A stretch of DNA of 46,215 nucleotides from Dehalococcoidia bacterium. GTDB taxonomy: Bacteria > Chloroflexota > Dehalococcoidia > GIF9 > UBA5629. The notes below the pieces were generated by a model. That model searched no databases, was not told the DNA's origin, and worked only from the letters and a program-made list of their open reading frames with translations. The stretch lies in assembly GCA_050014895.1 (NCBI GenBank), contig JBEKCL010000002.1, positions 1-46,215 on the forward strand. The letters run 5' to 3'. How positions within the stretch are numbered: position 1 is the stretch's first letter; each line of letters begins with the position of its first letter. Below are positions 8,291 to 17,990 of the stretch, piece after piece. The position numbers were made by a program, and so were the translations under genes.

Positions 8291-9541
8291 ATGAAAGATA
8301 TAAAATTTTCTGTGATTATTCCGACCAGGGAGCGGGTGGATACGCTTGTTCATGCTCTAGCCACATGCACAACACAGGACTATGATAACCTGGACATAGT
8401 CGTAAGCGACAACTTTAGCCAGGATAACACGCGGGAAGTGGTCTCTTCATTTTCTGATCCTAGAATTAAATATCTTAATACGGGAAAGCGCATAAGCATG
8501 TCGCATAACTGGGAGTTTGCGCTTAATCATATTACTGAGGGTTGGGTGACATTTTTAGGTGATGATGATGGTCTTTTACCTGGTGCAATTAACGCAGTTG
8601 CTGATGTGGTTGAAAAAACTGGTTGTCAGGCAGTTGTATCAAGACAGTGTGGATATTGGTGGCCGGAAAGTGCCCGGCAGGACACCGATTGGTTCAGGGT
8701 AGCTGCCAATTGCCTGATTGTTCCCCTGGGTAAGGGTTTTCAATTAAGAAATGGTCGCGACTGGTTGCGCAAAGTGATGCGTCAGGATGCGGAACATATT
8801 GATTTACCGTGGTTGTATACGGGTGGATTTGCTGATATCCGTGCTGTTAACCGGGCACGGGGACCAACCGGGGAATTTTTCCTGTCCATGATTCCGGACC
8901 TGTATTCATCAATTGCTTTGGCCTCGGTGGTGGATACTTATGTGATACTGAAGGAACCTGTAGCGGTGTGTGGTGTGTCATCTCATAGTGCGGGCAACGC
9001 TTGGATCAGCGTTAAAAAAAGTGATCGCAAGCAGGCGGAAGTATTTTTTTCTGAGAATAATATTCCGTTTCATAGCATGCTAGCCGGCGGTGAGGTCCTT
9101 AAGTCGGTGCAAATAGCCGTTTATGAAAGCTACTTGCAAACGGCCCATTTGCACCACAATTTCTTGAAAATAAAGCTGGAGGACCAGCTGGCATTGATAT
9201 TGGCCGGTACCCCGAAGCAGGACTATTCTGAAATCAGTAAATATTGTTACGGCGTTGCCCAAAGCAATGGTGTAGACAGAAACATTCTTGACCGGAAAAC
9301 TAGCAGCGAAAGAAAACGGCTATTTCTAAGGCGATTGAATCAAACACTTGGAGTCGTATTTGGACAACTTAATTTGTCCGATGATAAGCGGGTCATAATC
9401 AGAGATGCGAGAGAGTTCGGTGCCACAAACATATATGGAGCTACTTTACTGGCCAAGGCGGTTTACCTGCTGGAGACCCGGTACACGAATCTGCCGCTGG
9501 ATTTACTTACGAGTTTAATTAAGGCCGGCTTTAAAAGGTAA
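8291..9541 (+). CDS. Family 2 glycosyltransferase with long C-terminal extension
   Basis: FSVIIPTRERVDTL...DIVVSDNFSQDNT and a DDD motif (GDDDG). The C-terminal roughly 200 aa have no features I recognise. Confidence 0.8.
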   Translation: MKDIKFSVIIPTRERVDTLVHALATCTTQDYDNLDIVVSDNFSQDNTREVVSSFSDPRIKYLNTGKRISMSHNWEFALNHITEGWVTFLGDDDGLLPGAINAVADVVEKTGCQAVVSRQCGYWWPESARQDTDWFRVAANCLIVPLGKGFQLRNGRDWLRKVMRQDAEHIDLPWLYTGGFADIRAVNRARGPTGEFFLSMIPDLYSSIALASVVDTYVILKEPVAVCGVSSHSAGNAWISVKKSDRKQAEVFFSENNIPFHSMLAGGEVLKSVQIAVYESYLQTAHLHHNFLKIKLEDQLALILAGTPKQDYSEISKYCYGVAQSNGVDRNILDRKTSSERKRLFLRRLNQTLGVVFGQLNLSDDKRVIIRDAREFGATNIYGATLLAKAVYLLETRYTNLPLDLLTSLIKAGFKR

Positions 9542-9552
9542 CGACCGTCCTA

Positions 9553-11025
9553 TTATGGCTGGTTTTTCTTCCTGCCGAATATCTCTGTCAACTGCAGGAT
9601 GAATGACAGATCGGTCTTGTCAAAGGTTCGCAGCAGGATAGTTAGCCCGAAATAAACCAGGGCGGATACTGCCACAACCAGGATAAGATTAAGGCTGCTG
9701 ACAGCAATGGTTACTGCTGCCATCCCCAGCCCGGCCGCCGCGACGCGTACTATTGTCACTATGTCTCTGGCTGTTCCAATCGTATCGGGTGATCTGGATA
9801 TGAAAATAAGCTGCATAGTGAGCAATGCCAGGTCTGCGGCCACTCGTGCGGCGCTGGCTCCAACGTAGCTGAACATGGGAATGAGGATCACGTTTAAAGC
9901 CAGGTTAAACACGGTTATAGCAAGGTACATTTTGGTCAGGGCGTTTTGCCGGTTAGTGGCATAGAGGTATGAATTGAGCGCGAAAGTTGTGAAATTTAGG
10001 GGAGTTGACCAGATGAGTATTTGCAAGGATATGACGGTCGGCGAATACGCCGGGCCGAAAATTACGTTGATGATCCGGTCGGCTAACAGGGTTACTCCTA
10101 TTGATATGGGGAGCCCCACAATAAACAGGTATTTAATCGATCTCTCAGCTGATAATCGAAGGGCGCTATCAGCGACCCTGTAGGACCGGGACATAATAGG
10201 GTACAGGGCGCTGGTCAGTGCGAGCGGGATGAATATGAGCAACTGCGGTAATCTTGAAGCTGCGCTGTACCAGCCAACCACGGCATCCCCTTGCACGATT
10301 TTGAGCAGGACCCAATCACCCCAACTGTAGACGCTGGCGAATACCACAATAAATGCAAAAGGGAGCACTCTTAAAATAATTCTCTTCCAAAAAGCCGGGT
10401 CAAACTCGAGCATCCGTGCGTTTTTATTGGGCACATGGAATTTAACACGAAGTATTATCAGGTTATATATGAGTACACTAATAGCGGCTATGGCGTAGAC
10501 TGCTGCAAGGACAACGATGCTCTGCCGCAGGTTGACCGCCACCACAACCCCAATGAATATTATAGCGGAGTTTAATACCTGGCCGATGCCCATGTATATC
10601 ATCTTTTCATGGCCCTGGTAGATCCCATAGTACAGGGGAACGAACATGTTGAAGATGACAGCCAGTCCCAACAGGTAGAGTACCCACACGGTATCAGCTG
10701 AATACCCCGACATCCCTGCGACCGTGGCTATAATCCCGATAACAACCACGGAAATTAATATTTTCATCAGAGAAATGTTGGCCAGGTATTTGGCTGTGGC
10801 TCCCTTGTCGCGTGCTACTTCCAGTGTTACAAGGGTCTGAAGGCCGAGGTCGCCGATGGCGTTGATGATGCTCGTGAAAGCTATGGCGAAAGATAAAATG
10901 CCGAATTCAGCAGGACCGAGATACCGTGCCGAGTACATCATGTACAAGAAGGCCAGCAGATAGCCGATGCACTGGGCGACTAGAAGGACGATGCTGTTTT
11001 GGGCAATTTTCAGAATTGTACTCAA
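9553..11025 (-). CDS. MOP-superfamily polysaccharide flippase (Wzx-like)
   Basis: 490 aa, about 12-14 hydrophobic segments, with an N-terminus typical of polysaccharide biosynthesis / Wzx proteins. Confidence 0.75.
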   Translation of the reverse strand: MSTILKIAQNSIVLLVAQCIGYLLAFLYMMYSARYLGPAEFGILSFAIAFTSIINAIGDLGLQTLVTLEVARDKGATAKYLANISLMKILISVVVIGIIATVAGMSGYSADTVWVLYLLGLAVIFNMFVPLYYGIYQGHEKMIYMGIGQVLNSAIIFIGVVVAVNLRQSIVVLAAVYAIAAISVLIYNLIILRVKFHVPNKNARMLEFDPAFWKRIILRVLPFAFIVVFASVYSWGDWVLLKIVQGDAVVGWYSAASRLPQLLIFIPLALTSALYPIMSRSYRVADSALRLSAERSIKYLFIVGLPISIGVTLLADRIINVIFGPAYSPTVISLQILIWSTPLNFTTFALNSYLYATNRQNALTKMYLAITVFNLALNVILIPMFSYVGASAARVAADLALLTMQLIFISRSPDTIGTARDIVTIVRVAAAGLGMAAVTIAVSSLNLILVVAVSALVYFGLTILLRTFDKTDLSFILQLTEIFGRKKNQP

Positions 11026-11171
11026 TAGATAATACCTTGTGGACTTCCAGATGCGTGCTTATACATCTTCGCTGCACACTTTAATATAGATCATCCCAGG
11101 ATAACCTTGCCGTTTAATTCTATCATTGAGCAAGTCATGTCCGCTATGCCGTTAATGCGGCAGCGGCGGAT

Positions 11172-12005
11172 ATGTTCTCTTTTATGAGAGGCAGCGAGTG
11201 TGCCTCAGGCCTTTTTAGATATGCTATAATTTCCCAAATCGATCCGGATATGATCATGAATAACTCTAAAAAATGGATATGGACACAGACTAATAGGTTC
11301 CGCTATCAACTGGATTCTCTTTACTATTATTCGCGTATAATGCGGATTCTTGAAGATGAGATCTTCATCGTTAAAGCTATTACAAACCGGCATGGTATTG
11401 CCGTTGATATTGGGGCCAATTTTGGAATCTGGTCTTATCATTTATCGAAGTTATTCGTTCACGTGGAGTCGTTTGAGCCCATATGTGAATGTTGTGATGT
11501 TATACGAAGTACCCACCGTAAGAATATCAGCGTGCATAATGAGGCCCTGTCCTCTGCTGCAGGCAATATGGAACTACGCATCCCGGTCGAAAAGGGCCGG
11601 CTGCTATTGCAGTCTGCAAAACTGGGTGAATTGGACGGGCAATTCAAAAGCGAAATTGTCCCGGTAAGAAAATTGGATGACTATGAGTTTGCAAATGTGA
11701 GGTTCATGAAAATTGATGTGGAAGGGCATGAGATTGAGGTATTAAGAGGAGCAGAAAAGACTATTATCAACGAAAAACCCGTAATGATAATTGAGATCGA
11801 GCAAAGGCACCTTGATTTTCCTATGAACAATGTATTCGATTTACTAAAATCTTACGGATATAACGCATTTTTTCTCAGCGGCAGAAAGTTGCGCCCCTAT
11901 GCTGATTTTTCCTATGAGTTGGACCAACTGCCGTTCTTAAATAATCTGTCATCTGTTTTATACGTACATAATTTCATATTTATACCGGAGAAGAAGAGAT
12001 ATTGA
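11172..12005 (+). CDS. FkbM-family methyltransferase
   Basis: VDIGANFG SAM loop and the family hallmark KIDVEGHEIEVLRGA. The true start may be an internal ATG (11250 or 11256). Confidence 0.75.
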   Translation: MFSFMRGSECASGLFRYAIISQIDPDMIMNNSKKWIWTQTNRFRYQLDSLYYYSRIMRILEDEIFIVKAITNRHGIAVDIGANFGIWSYHLSKLFVHVESFEPICECCDVIRSTHRKNISVHNEALSSAAGNMELRIPVEKGRLLLQSAKLGELDGQFKSEIVPVRKLDDYEFANVRFMKIDVEGHEIEVLRGAEKTIINEKPVMIIEIEQRHLDFPMNNVFDLLKSYGYNAFFLSGRKLRPYADFSYELDQLPFLNNLSSVLYVHNFIFIPEKKRY

Positions 12006-13162
12006 GCGGAATTCAAATTGCGGTTAATGCAACAGTGGCTAATGAGCGTGAAAAAACCGGCATTGCTACGTATGCGCTCAACTTATTAAACTCACTGCAA
12101 ACACTGGATGGTTTGAACCGCTATACTGTCTTTATGTTGCGCAGCCAGGACAATAGCCTGGTCACGAGCGACAGATTCAAAATCAAGCCACTGCCTCGGT
12201 TACTTCAATCCCTTCCGCTGGTATATGAGTGGTTGCTATGGTACACCTGGTATTACACCGGTTATAGCTGTCAACTTGGAACAATGAAACCTGATGTCAT
12301 TTTGTCTCTAGACTTTGATATTCCGTTATATAAAAAGTGCCCGTCAGTATGTATAATCTATGATCTGACTCCGCTCCTGTTCGGGGATATGTTCCCACGG
12401 CATTTCCGTATAAGGTACAAATGGCAGACAAAGCACGCTGTAGGAAATGCGCGCAAAATCATCACGATTTCGGAGGACGCCAAGAAAGATGTCATCACAT
12501 ATTTTGGAGTGGACTCCGAGAAAGTAGTCGTAGCTTATCCTGGTTTCGATAGCCGGTTATTCAAACCTGAAACCGACAAACAGAAGATAGATCAGTTGAG
12601 AGCCAAGTACAAGCTGGGGAATCCGTATATATTGTTTATGGGTATCCTCCATGCAAAGAAGAATATTTTGCGGATAATAGAGGCCTTCGAGTCTTTGAAG
12701 ACGGAATTTGGGATAAAACACAAGCTTGTCATAGCAGGAAAAAGGGCCTGGCAGGATGAAATTATATTTGACAGGATACAGTCTTCTCCTTTCAGATCTG
12801 AAATTGTATTTGCAGGATATATTACCGATGAGGAAGCCCCGATATTGATGAACGGAGCCGACGTGTTTGTTTTTCCTTCGTTGCATGAAGGGTTTGGCAT
12901 ACCTCCTCTGGAAGCGATGGCTTGTGGGACGCCGGTTATTACTTCCAACACGTCTTCTTTGCCTGAAGTTACAGGAGATGCAGCGCTGCTGGTTAATCCT
13001 TATGATGCACATGAAATGGCATCTGCCTTGTACAGGGTAATCTCAGAACCCGGGCTTCGCGAGACAATGATCGAGAAGGGACTGGAAAGAGTTCGTCTAT
13101 TCTCATGGCAGAGAACAGCGCGTTCGGTATTGACCGTTTTAGAGCAAGCTGCTCAAGGATGA
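12002..13162 (+). CDS. GT4 (GT-B) glycosyltransferase
   Basis: C-terminal [21 protein letters not shown] motif. TTG start overlaps the upstream stop (TTGA). Confidence 0.85.
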   Translation: MSGIQIAVNATVANEREKTGIATYALNLLNSLQTLDGLNRYTVFMLRSQDNSLVTSDRFKIKPLPRLLQSLPLVYEWLLWYTWYYTGYSCQLGTMKPDVILSLDFDIPLYKKCPSVCIIYDLTPLLFGDMFPRHFRIRYKWQTKHAVGNARKIITISEDAKKDVITYFGVDSEKVVVAYPGFDSRLFKPETDKQKIDQLRAKYKLGNPYILFMGILHAKKNILRIIEAFESLKTEFGIKHKLVIAGKRAWQDEIIFDRIQSSPFRSEIVFAGYITDEEAPILMNGADVFVFPSLHEGFGIPPLEAMACGTPVITSNTSSLPEVTGDAALLVNPYDAHEMASALYRVISEPGLRETMIEKGLERVRLFSWQRTARSVLTVLEQAAQG

Positions 13163-13806
13163 TTTGGATGGCAAGTAATCATGAGGTAGTGACTGGCTGG
13201 AATGAGATCTGGAGCAGGTACAGGGCACCAAATTTCCTGGGCCGCCGGTTACATGCAGAACGAATAAAGACTTTGAGAAAAATACTGAGCTCACTTGGAT
13301 TGCCGCTCGGCGCGCCAATAGTGGACATTGGGTGTGGTAGTGGGTCAACTTTGAGCATATTCAGGAGTCTCGGTTATATCAGTTCTATTGGGGTGGATGG
13401 AGCTGAAAAAGGCCTTGCAGCGGGACAGAAACTTTATGGTTATGCCAGAGACAAAGACATTTTTCTGGCCGATGCCCGAAATACTCCATTTGGTGACAAA
13501 TCGTTCGACCTTGTTTTTTCGCAGGGCCTGCTGGAGCATTATGAACAGAAGTCGGAGGCTTTGCAGATTGTTAAAGAGCTTTGCCGCCTATCGAAGAAAT
13601 ATGTGTTGCTGCTTCAGCCGGATCAGTCCTCATTATTCGGTCTGGCCAAACGGATTTATGAGAGGTCAGGCCGCAGTTCATGGGAGATAGAATACAGATA
13701 TTTAAAAAAGGACTATATCGGACTTTTCGATAATTCCAGCTTCGCTTTGCTTGATACCGGAAGTTCAAATTTCCGGGAAGAGATGTGGCTATTATTTGGT
13801 CGGTAG
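13159..13806 (+). CDS. Class I SAM-dependent methyltransferase
   Basis: VDIGCGSGS motif I. ATG 13159 overlaps the GT4 stop (ATGA). The ORF-track start at 13105 would overlap the GT4 gene by 58 nt. Confidence 0.75.
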   Translation: MIWMASNHEVVTGWNEIWSRYRAPNFLGRRLHAERIKTLRKILSSLGLPLGAPIVDIGCGSGSTLSIFRSLGYISSIGVDGAEKGLAAGQKLYGYARDKDIFLADARNTPFGDKSFDLVFSQGLLEHYEQKSEALQIVKELCRLSKKYVLLLQPDQSSLFGLAKRIYERSGRSSWEIEYRYLKKDYIGLFDNSSFALLDTGSSNFREEMWLLFGR

Positions 13807-13834
13807 AGCGGCATCTGGCGGTACTGTATAAAAC

Positions 13835-16102
13835 CTAAGGGTCAGCTTCCAATATCTGGGTTGCGCCGTTATCGTATATCCGTTCTTTCCAGGGATTATT
13901 GCCATCTCCATTTACAAATCCGGAAAGATCGATATGGGAACGAAGGCCGGGATACCCCAGTGTGAAAGTAAGCTCATTGTGAGATATGTTCCAGGCTGTC
14001 AGGAATATCAGGTCGCCGCTATCCGGTTTGGCAGTGGGCGTAAGTGAGAGGATACCGCCAGGAAACTCGTTTTGCATCAGTATTTTCCACGTGTGGGTGT
14101 CGGAATACACAAAAGATGCGTCCGTGGTGCTGGATGTAAGCCAGCGTGCTGCATAGTCGTCCTGCGTGGAAAAATTGCCCATTAGATCGAGCCGGTGGCT
14201 GCTTAACGCAATCGAGAAAGGGGCCTCGATCCTTACCGTGTCCTTCATTCCCGTAACCTCGTAAAGGATCCCGGATGTGATTATGAAATACGGGACCATA
14301 ACTGCAACCGTGATAATTTTCAGGTATGAGGGACTTTCCTTTAATGCAGCATCCGGGCGCTTTCTGATTTTGTGCCAAGCATATTTAATTAACTGGAGCA
14401 CCGTCTCTCCGCCGATAATGAAGAATGGCGCCAGCGTGATCAACAGCACATGGTACCATCTTGTAGTATTGAAAGCGTAGGCAAAATTGGGTAGTTTTAT
14501 GCATGCTGCCAGCATTGCCACGCTGAGCACGCTCACGGCAATATACTCTATGCGGAATTTGAGGCCTTTTGGCATCAGCAGAAGTCGCAGGAGGCCCGCG
14601 ATAATGAACAGTTGGGTTATGTATTGCATAACCCGGAATGCCTGTCCCTGCCAGGAGACCTTGAAGAAGTCTACGCCGAGCGCAGCCTGAACGAGAAGGT
14701 CCTGTGCGGCGGCAGCCGAGGCAAGAATGGATTCTGATTGCGAGTTCCATAGCGAGCTTAGCATGGCTAGGTTGGCTCCCTGAGCTATCAATAGGTACCA
14801 TGCCAACCCCATGATACAGAACGTGATGACAGGTATGATCAGTAGCATCATCGGCAGCGTGCCTGCTCCGGGTTGTCTGTATTCCTTCGGCAGACCGCCG
14901 GACCACGATGTGATCCATGACCAGATTCTGATGAAGAAACCGCTCTTCAACAACAATAAAGTGGGCACCAGCAAGGCAACATATATAAGTGTGATAAAGC
15001 TCAGGGAGTAGTGGGAGACTATGATTGACAGTGCAAATAGCACCATCATCAGCACTCTGGGCAGTCTGCCGACTCTCCGGTCCACTATTAGAAGAATGAA
15101 AAGAGAGAAAAACAGCTCGGCTATCTGCTGGCGGCAGAGGCTTATCATTTCCAGCGAAAATGTAGGCACTGCCATGAAAAAGAAGACTGCCAGGAATGCC
15201 GAAAGCGCCCCAATCTGGATGCGCATGAATCTGAACATTATCAGGGGGAGAAATGAAAACAGGATGGGATACACGGCTTTAAAAACCCAAATTCCGTCTA
15301 TACCCATCATGAAAGAATAGGTAGGGGCAAGCATGACGATGCTGAGGCACGAATTAACAGGGTTGTCGACCGTGTAATTCCATATTCCAGCTGTAACTGT
15401 GTCCCCGAAGTAATGATATTCCGTGTAAATATCGCTTCCGATCAGGTACGGTGACATCAATGACGTCTGGTAAAGTAAGCAAAGACTTATGACGAATAGC
15501 GCAAGAGGATAGATTCCCCGGGTAATGAATTTCTTGAAGGCAGCCAGGGAAATAATCAGTGCAATTAAAAGAAGGCTGATAATCAGGGCTGCATTATTGC
15601 CGGTGACGTCGCTTATCTTAACCCCTGTTATCATGACGAGCAGTACTGCAAGCAGGAACAGAACAGAATTAATGCTGGTCGAAGGCCAGCGCAGCTGTTT
15701 GTCGGAGCTGTTTCGATAATTCCTGTCTCTGGCCCAAGCCGCCGTCATAAGCAGGGCAATCTCAATGACCAGCGCCGAGAGGATGGGAAATTGTGAAATT
15801 GGGTTTGCTACATTAAAGAGCGGAAGCAGAAAATTGATAATCGCGCCGGAGAACATGACCAGCGTCACGCTTAATCCAACGGAATAGGCCACGCTCTCAG
15901 TCGTATTTATTTCATGGACCATGAGGATACGAAGCAGGAGTATACCTGGTATAAAGGTCAAGAAGATAAAGCCAACTACCTGGCGCAAGATCGGTATATC
16001 CAGCCCTGCCGCAGCTGTAATTGTCAACAGTACCTGGATAAGGACCAATCCTCCGCACAGGAGAAGGCAATCCTTTATTTTCCAGTCATTGGGCCATCGC
16101 AT
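13835..16102 (-). CDS. Large polytopic membrane protein with about 170-aa C-terminal soluble domain; DUF2206-like, candidate glycan polymerase / GT-C-type transferase
   Basis: 755 aa with at least 12 hydrophobic spans. The segment GSDIYTEYHYF...NSCLSIVMLAP...VFKAVYPILFSFLPL...CRQQIAELFF...VSHYSLS resembles my memory of DUF2206. ATG overlaps the upstream GT4 stop (TAATG). Confidence 0.55.
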   Translation of the reverse strand: MRWPNDWKIKDCLLLCGGLVLIQVLLTITAAAGLDIPILRQVVGFIFLTFIPGILLLRILMVHEINTTESVAYSVGLSVTLVMFSGAIINFLLPLFNVANPISQFPILSALVIEIALLMTAAWARDRNYRNSSDKQLRWPSTSINSVLFLLAVLLVMITGVKISDVTGNNAALIISLLLIALIISLAAFKKFITRGIYPLALFVISLCLLYQTSLMSPYLIGSDIYTEYHYFGDTVTAGIWNYTVDNPVNSCLSIVMLAPTYSFMMGIDGIWVFKAVYPILFSFLPLIMFRFMRIQIGALSAFLAVFFFMAVPTFSLEMISLCRQQIAELFFSLFILLIVDRRVGRLPRVLMMVLFALSIIVSHYSLSFITLIYVALLVPTLLLLKSGFFIRIWSWITSWSGGLPKEYRQPGAGTLPMMLLIIPVITFCIMGLAWYLLIAQGANLAMLSSLWNSQSESILASAAAAQDLLVQAALGVDFFKVSWQGQAFRVMQYITQLFIIAGLLRLLLMPKGLKFRIEYIAVSVLSVAMLAACIKLPNFAYAFNTTRWYHVLLITLAPFFIIGGETVLQLIKYAWHKIRKRPDAALKESPSYLKIITVAVMVPYFIITSGILYEVTGMKDTVRIEAPFSIALSSHRLDLMGNFSTQDDYAARWLTSSTTDASFVYSDTHTWKILMQNEFPGGILSLTPTAKPDSGDLIFLTAWNISHNELTFTLGYPGLRSHIDLSGFVNGDGNNPWKERIYDNGATQILEADP

Positions 16103-17187
16103 TACCCGAATTTCTCCTTCACGAATTCGGCTGCATCTTTGCCCATTTTTTCCCGTGCAGTGTCAGTTGTGACCAGGGAGTGAATGGCAGTAGCCATCGC
16201 ATGAACATCACCGGGCGGTGACAGGTATCCGGTTTTTCCTTCGAGGACTACCTCCAGATGTGGGCCGAGATTGAAAGCTACCACGGGTTTGCCGCAAGCT
16301 TGTGCCTCGGCCAGTGGAAGATTAAAGCCTTCCCAGAGTGTGGCAGTTGCATAAACGCTGCAAGCTGCATAATAGGATGGTATATCTTCGTCGGGGACAT
16401 ATCCGGCGAAAATTATGGATGAGTTCGACATCGATGTAAGCCGCCGCGAATAGTCGGTGAATGTATGTTTCCCCGCCATCAGTAGCTTAATTCCTGGGAT
16501 TTGTCTTTGGACCTCAAGGAACGCTTGTATGAGCAGATGGATGCCCTTATGTGGCGAGATACGACCGACATAAAGAACAAGGGGCTCGCTTGTTATTCCG
16601 TATTTTTGCCTGATGGCAGAGCTGTCAATACCGGGGCGAAATCTGCCCGTATCTATCCTGGGATATACTACCTCGCTGATCAATCCTGTGTCTTTTTTGA
16701 GTTCGTTGTGTAAATAATGGCTGATAGAAATAGCTGCGTCAGCTTTCGCTGCAGTCAGGATAGAGAGTGAATTGAAGATCATCATATAGACCCGCTCGGC
16801 AAATGTGGAGAACGCTTTAGGTGGCGTAATGCCGTAATCGTAATAAATGTATTTAACGTTGAAGCGCTTTTTGGCCTGAAAGGCCAGCCAGTTCATGGGG
16901 TACTGATGGCTGTAAACAATATCGAAATTACGCAGTTGAATTGCGATCCTGGAATTCTTGAAATAATCCAGTGGCAGCAAGAGCCTGTAGATGCGCTGCC
17001 AAAATAGGGACTTTGGCATGCCAATGATGTGCAGATTTGCGCCTGGCGGCGGCTCCATATCTGCCTCAAAAGTGAATATGTCCACGGTGTCTCCCCGTGC
17101 AACGAGTTGGCGGGCCTGATTTTCAACCACACGGTCTATGCCGCTGAAGCCAGAGAAGGTCGGAGCCAGAAGTGCGATCCTTGACAT
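16102..17187 (-). CDS. GT4 (GT-B) glycosyltransferase
   Basis: EGFNLPLAEAQACGKPVVAFN motif and typical length. Confidence 0.85.
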   Translation of the reverse strand: MSRIALLAPTFSGFSGIDRVVENQARQLVARGDTVDIFTFEADMEPPPGANLHIIGMPKSLFWQRIYRLLLPLDYFKNSRIAIQLRNFDIVYSHQYPMNWLAFQAKKRFNVKYIYYDYGITPPKAFSTFAERVYMMIFNSLSILTAAKADAAISISHYLHNELKKDTGLISEVVYPRIDTGRFRPGIDSSAIRQKYGITSEPLVLYVGRISPHKGIHLLIQAFLEVQRQIPGIKLLMAGKHTFTDYSRRLTSMSNSSIIFAGYVPDEDIPSYYAACSVYATATLWEGFNLPLAEAQACGKPVVAFNLGPHLEVVLEGKTGYLSPPGDVHAMATAIHSLVTTDTAREKMGKDAAEFVKEKFG

Positions 17188-17191
17188 AGTC

Positions 17192-17929
17192 TCAGCTTTT
17201 CCTGGCTACAAATGCATAGCTCTGGGCAAAGTAGTTTAATGGCCGGGTCAGCCAGAGGTCCATTTTATCGACTTGAAGGTAATAGCGGTTATATACACCG
17301 GCAGCGCTATTGCTTATCCTGGCTACCTGGGCCGGTAGGAATAGTTCCCTTTTGATAGATTCGATAGCTAATCCTGTAGATTGCATCAGTGTACGTATCC
17401 TGGAAGCCGTATAGGTCCTGTCATGGCTTTTTATTCCGGCCAGGTTTGCTATGCGCTCGAATAAAGCATATTTATTGGGCAGGTTAAAGACGAACAGGCG
17501 GCCCCCGGTCTTCATAACCCTGCTGATTTCCCGAAGGAACTTCACTTCATCTTCGGTATGTTCGATCACGCCGAAGGCGAGACAATAATCGAACGTATTG
17601 TCTTCGAAGGGAAAGGTGCGGGAGTCATAAGATTGAAAGGTTGCCCCATATTTCTGCAACGGACCCCAACTCTCTGCTTCCGATATGTCCAGCCCTGTGA
17701 CCGAAAGCCCCGGCCTGGAGGAAGCAATGACGGCCGTTGTCTGTCCCCATCCGCAGCCCACATCGATCAGCCGGCCTTTGTCCGGGAGGATCTGCAGCAC
17801 CAGATCAAGTTGCCGTTCGTATCTTAGCCAGTTAAGGTTGCTAATAATATGAAACTGGTTCTCCGGCTGGTCTATGGTTGCAGCTATTATGGTGCGCCGC
17901 ACTCCATCACAGAGCGTTTTATCCGGCAA
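17192..17929 (-). CDS. Class I SAM-dependent methyltransferase
   Basis: IDVGCGWGQTT motif I. TTG start is preceded by AAGGAG at 8-nt spacing. Confidence 0.8.
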   Translation of the reverse strand: MPDKTLCDGVRRTIIAATIDQPENQFHIISNLNWLRYERQLDLVLQILPDKGRLIDVGCGWGQTTAVIASSRPGLSVTGLDISEAESWGPLQKYGATFQSYDSRTFPFEDNTFDYCLAFGVIEHTEDEVKFLREISRVMKTGGRLFVFNLPNKYALFERIANLAGIKSHDRTYTASRIRTLMQSTGLAIESIKRELFLPAQVARISNSAAGVYNRYYLQVDKMDLWLTRPLNYFAQSYAFVARKS

Positions 17930-17990
17930 CCTGGAATCTCCTTGGACAAATAACTAACAACATTGTTCCATCAAAGACCAAAGCCCATCA

